From Flavobacteriales bacterium (GTDB lineage: Bacteria > Bacteroidota > Bacteroidia > UBA10329), in contig JBMYXX010000001.1 of assembly GCA_049608805.1 (NCBI GenBank), positions 1 through 45,162 on the forward strand: a stretch of 45,162 nucleotides of DNA, written 5' to 3'. Shown one piece after another: positions 44,331-45,162 of this stretch. Position 1 is the stretch's first letter; each line of letters opens with the position of its first letter. A program made the translations under genes and the position numbers. The notes under the pieces are model-generated. The model searched no databases. It saw only the letters and a list, made by a program, of their open reading frames with translations, and was not told where the DNA came from.

Positions 44331-44373
44331 AAAACAAAAGCGAGTTCCGAATTTCGGAACTCGCTTTTGTTTT
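44331..44373. terminator. Bidirectional rho-independent terminator
   Basis: aaaacaaaagcgagttccg-aattt-cggaactcgcttttgtttt: a long perfect palindrome with A/T-rich arms on both sides. It lies between the convergent stops at 44314 and 44374. Confidence 0.85.
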
Positions 44374-45042
44374 TTAATAGAAAACCGCCATTTCATCCAA
44401 ACCTTTTCGGCCTAAAACAGGCACTTCTGCGTCATCAGTTGGATAGCCAACAGGAATAAGTAAAAATGGTTTTTCGTTGGCTGGTCTTTCCAAAACCTTG
44501 GTAAGAAAATTCATTGGGCTTGGCGTGTGGGTAAGCGCAACTAAACCTGCATTATGAATAGCTGCAAGAAGAAACCCGGTAGCTAAACCAACGCTTTCGG
44601 TAGCGTAGTAGTTGTTCTTCTTTTCGCCATCAACCAACTCGTAAGAGCGTTTCATTACAACAATTATCCAAGGAGCAATTTCGAGAAATGGCTTGATGTG
44701 ATCGGTGCCAAACGGCTCTAAATCCTTGAGCCAGCGGTCGGTCATTCGGCCATGGTAATTCTCGTATTCCTCTTTTTCAGCCGCTTTGCGAATTTTGGAT
44801 TTGATATCAGCCGAACTAATGGCGCAGAACGTCCAAGGTTGTTGGTGCGCGCCAGATGGGGCGGTGGAAGCGGTTTTAATGATGTTTTCAATTACCTCTT
44901 TCGGAACGGCTTTGTCTGTAAAAGACCTGAGCGACCTACGCTTGTCCATGTAGTCGAAAAACTCGCCTGAGCGTTTGACTGTTTCTTCCTCAGAAAAACG
45001 TTGCGGTTCGTAAGGTTTAAATCCTTGATTGCTATCACTCAT
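44374..45042 (-). CDS. Iodotyrosine-deiodinase-type (halotyrosine dehalogenase) flavin nitroreductase
   Basis: The start is placed at ATG 45042 (MSDSNQGFKPYEP...). The longer track ORF to 45156 adds a Cys-rich non-homologous leader. End-to-end similarity to animal IYD as I recall it: RRSLRSF, TAPSGAHQQPWTF, YENYHGRMTDRWLKDLEPFGTDHIKPFLEIAPWIIVV, YYATESVGLATGFLLAAIHNAGLVALTHTP, ERPANEKPFLLIPVGYP. The E-x3-Y-x20-K substrate triad is present (nt 44692-44769). Confidence 0.8.
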   Translation of the reverse strand: MSDSNQGFKPYEPQRFSEEETVKRSGEFFDYMDKRRSLRSFTDKAVPKEVIENIIKTASTAPSGAHQQPWTFCAISSADIKSKIRKAAEKEEYENYHGRMTDRWLKDLEPFGTDHIKPFLEIAPWIIVVMKRSYELVDGEKKNNYYATESVGLATGFLLAAIHNAGLVALTHTPSPMNFLTKVLERPANEKPFLLIPVGYPTDDAEVPVLGRKGLDEMAVFY

Positions 45043-45162
45043 GATTGGTCGTTTGAAAGATGAAGCTAGTATAAAGATTCCTATACATTTGCCGCAAATA
45101 CGACATGATGAAATTCGGAACAAAAGCAGTACACGCAGGCGTTGAGCCAGACCCAACTACAG

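Noticed and set aside
44374-45156. The longer 260-aa version of the IYD-like ORF, starting at 45156.
   Set aside because: The extra 38 residues (MGLAQRLRVLLLFRISSCRICGKCIGIF...) have no counterpart in the IYD family as I recall it. ATG 45042 gives MSDSNQ... with homology beginning shortly after.

Overview
This looks like a chromosomal segment from a Bacteroidota genome, Flavobacteriia- or Cytophagia-like and probably marine. The phylum call rests on four proteins with type-IX-secretion C-terminal sorting domains (T9SS CTDs), a propeller/Y_Y_Y LytS-type kinase with a LytTR regulator, and CotH/LTD proteins. I call 25 protein-coding genes. I saw no rRNA, tRNA, CRISPR array, transposase or integrase.

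Layout:
- (a) 56-13529: three paralogous polytopic-membrane + TPR proteins surround a minus-strand cluster. The cluster encodes two repeat-rich fibre proteins (YadA-head-like/tail-fibre-like repeats, a collagen tract, a DUF1566 domain, an S74 auto-chaperone domain) and a thioredoxin-fold protein without CxxC. A vanadium-haloperoxidase-like PAP2 protein also lies here.
- (b) 13630-17601: housekeeping or accessory enzymes (SGNH hydrolase, AraC regulator, gamma-glutamyltransferase).
- (c) 17643-31357: a sensor kinase and LytTR regulator, followed by a 1777-aa T9SS adhesin. Three LytTR-consensus boxes precede the adhesin gene. A convergent 1497-aa T9SS M4 metalloprotease follows.
- (d) 31475-37713: a translationally coupled operon, DUF2804 - NAGPA-like phosphodiester glycosidase - CotH lipoprotein - CotH/LTD T9SS protein.
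- (e) 37794-45042: HisJ-type PHP phosphatase, pdxH, a low-GC overlapping nucleotidyltransferase + DUF262 pair, a GT-B glycosyltransferase, a BNR/Asp-box T9SS protein and an iodotyrosine-deiodinase-type nitroreductase.

My best candidates for an undescribed system are:
1. the NTase+DUF262 cassette;
2. the membrane/TPR (GT-C-like?) paralogues linked to the NxT-rich fibre operon;
3. the DUF2804-NAGPA-CotH-CotH operon.

All family assignments come from motif recognition by eye. No database search was run.
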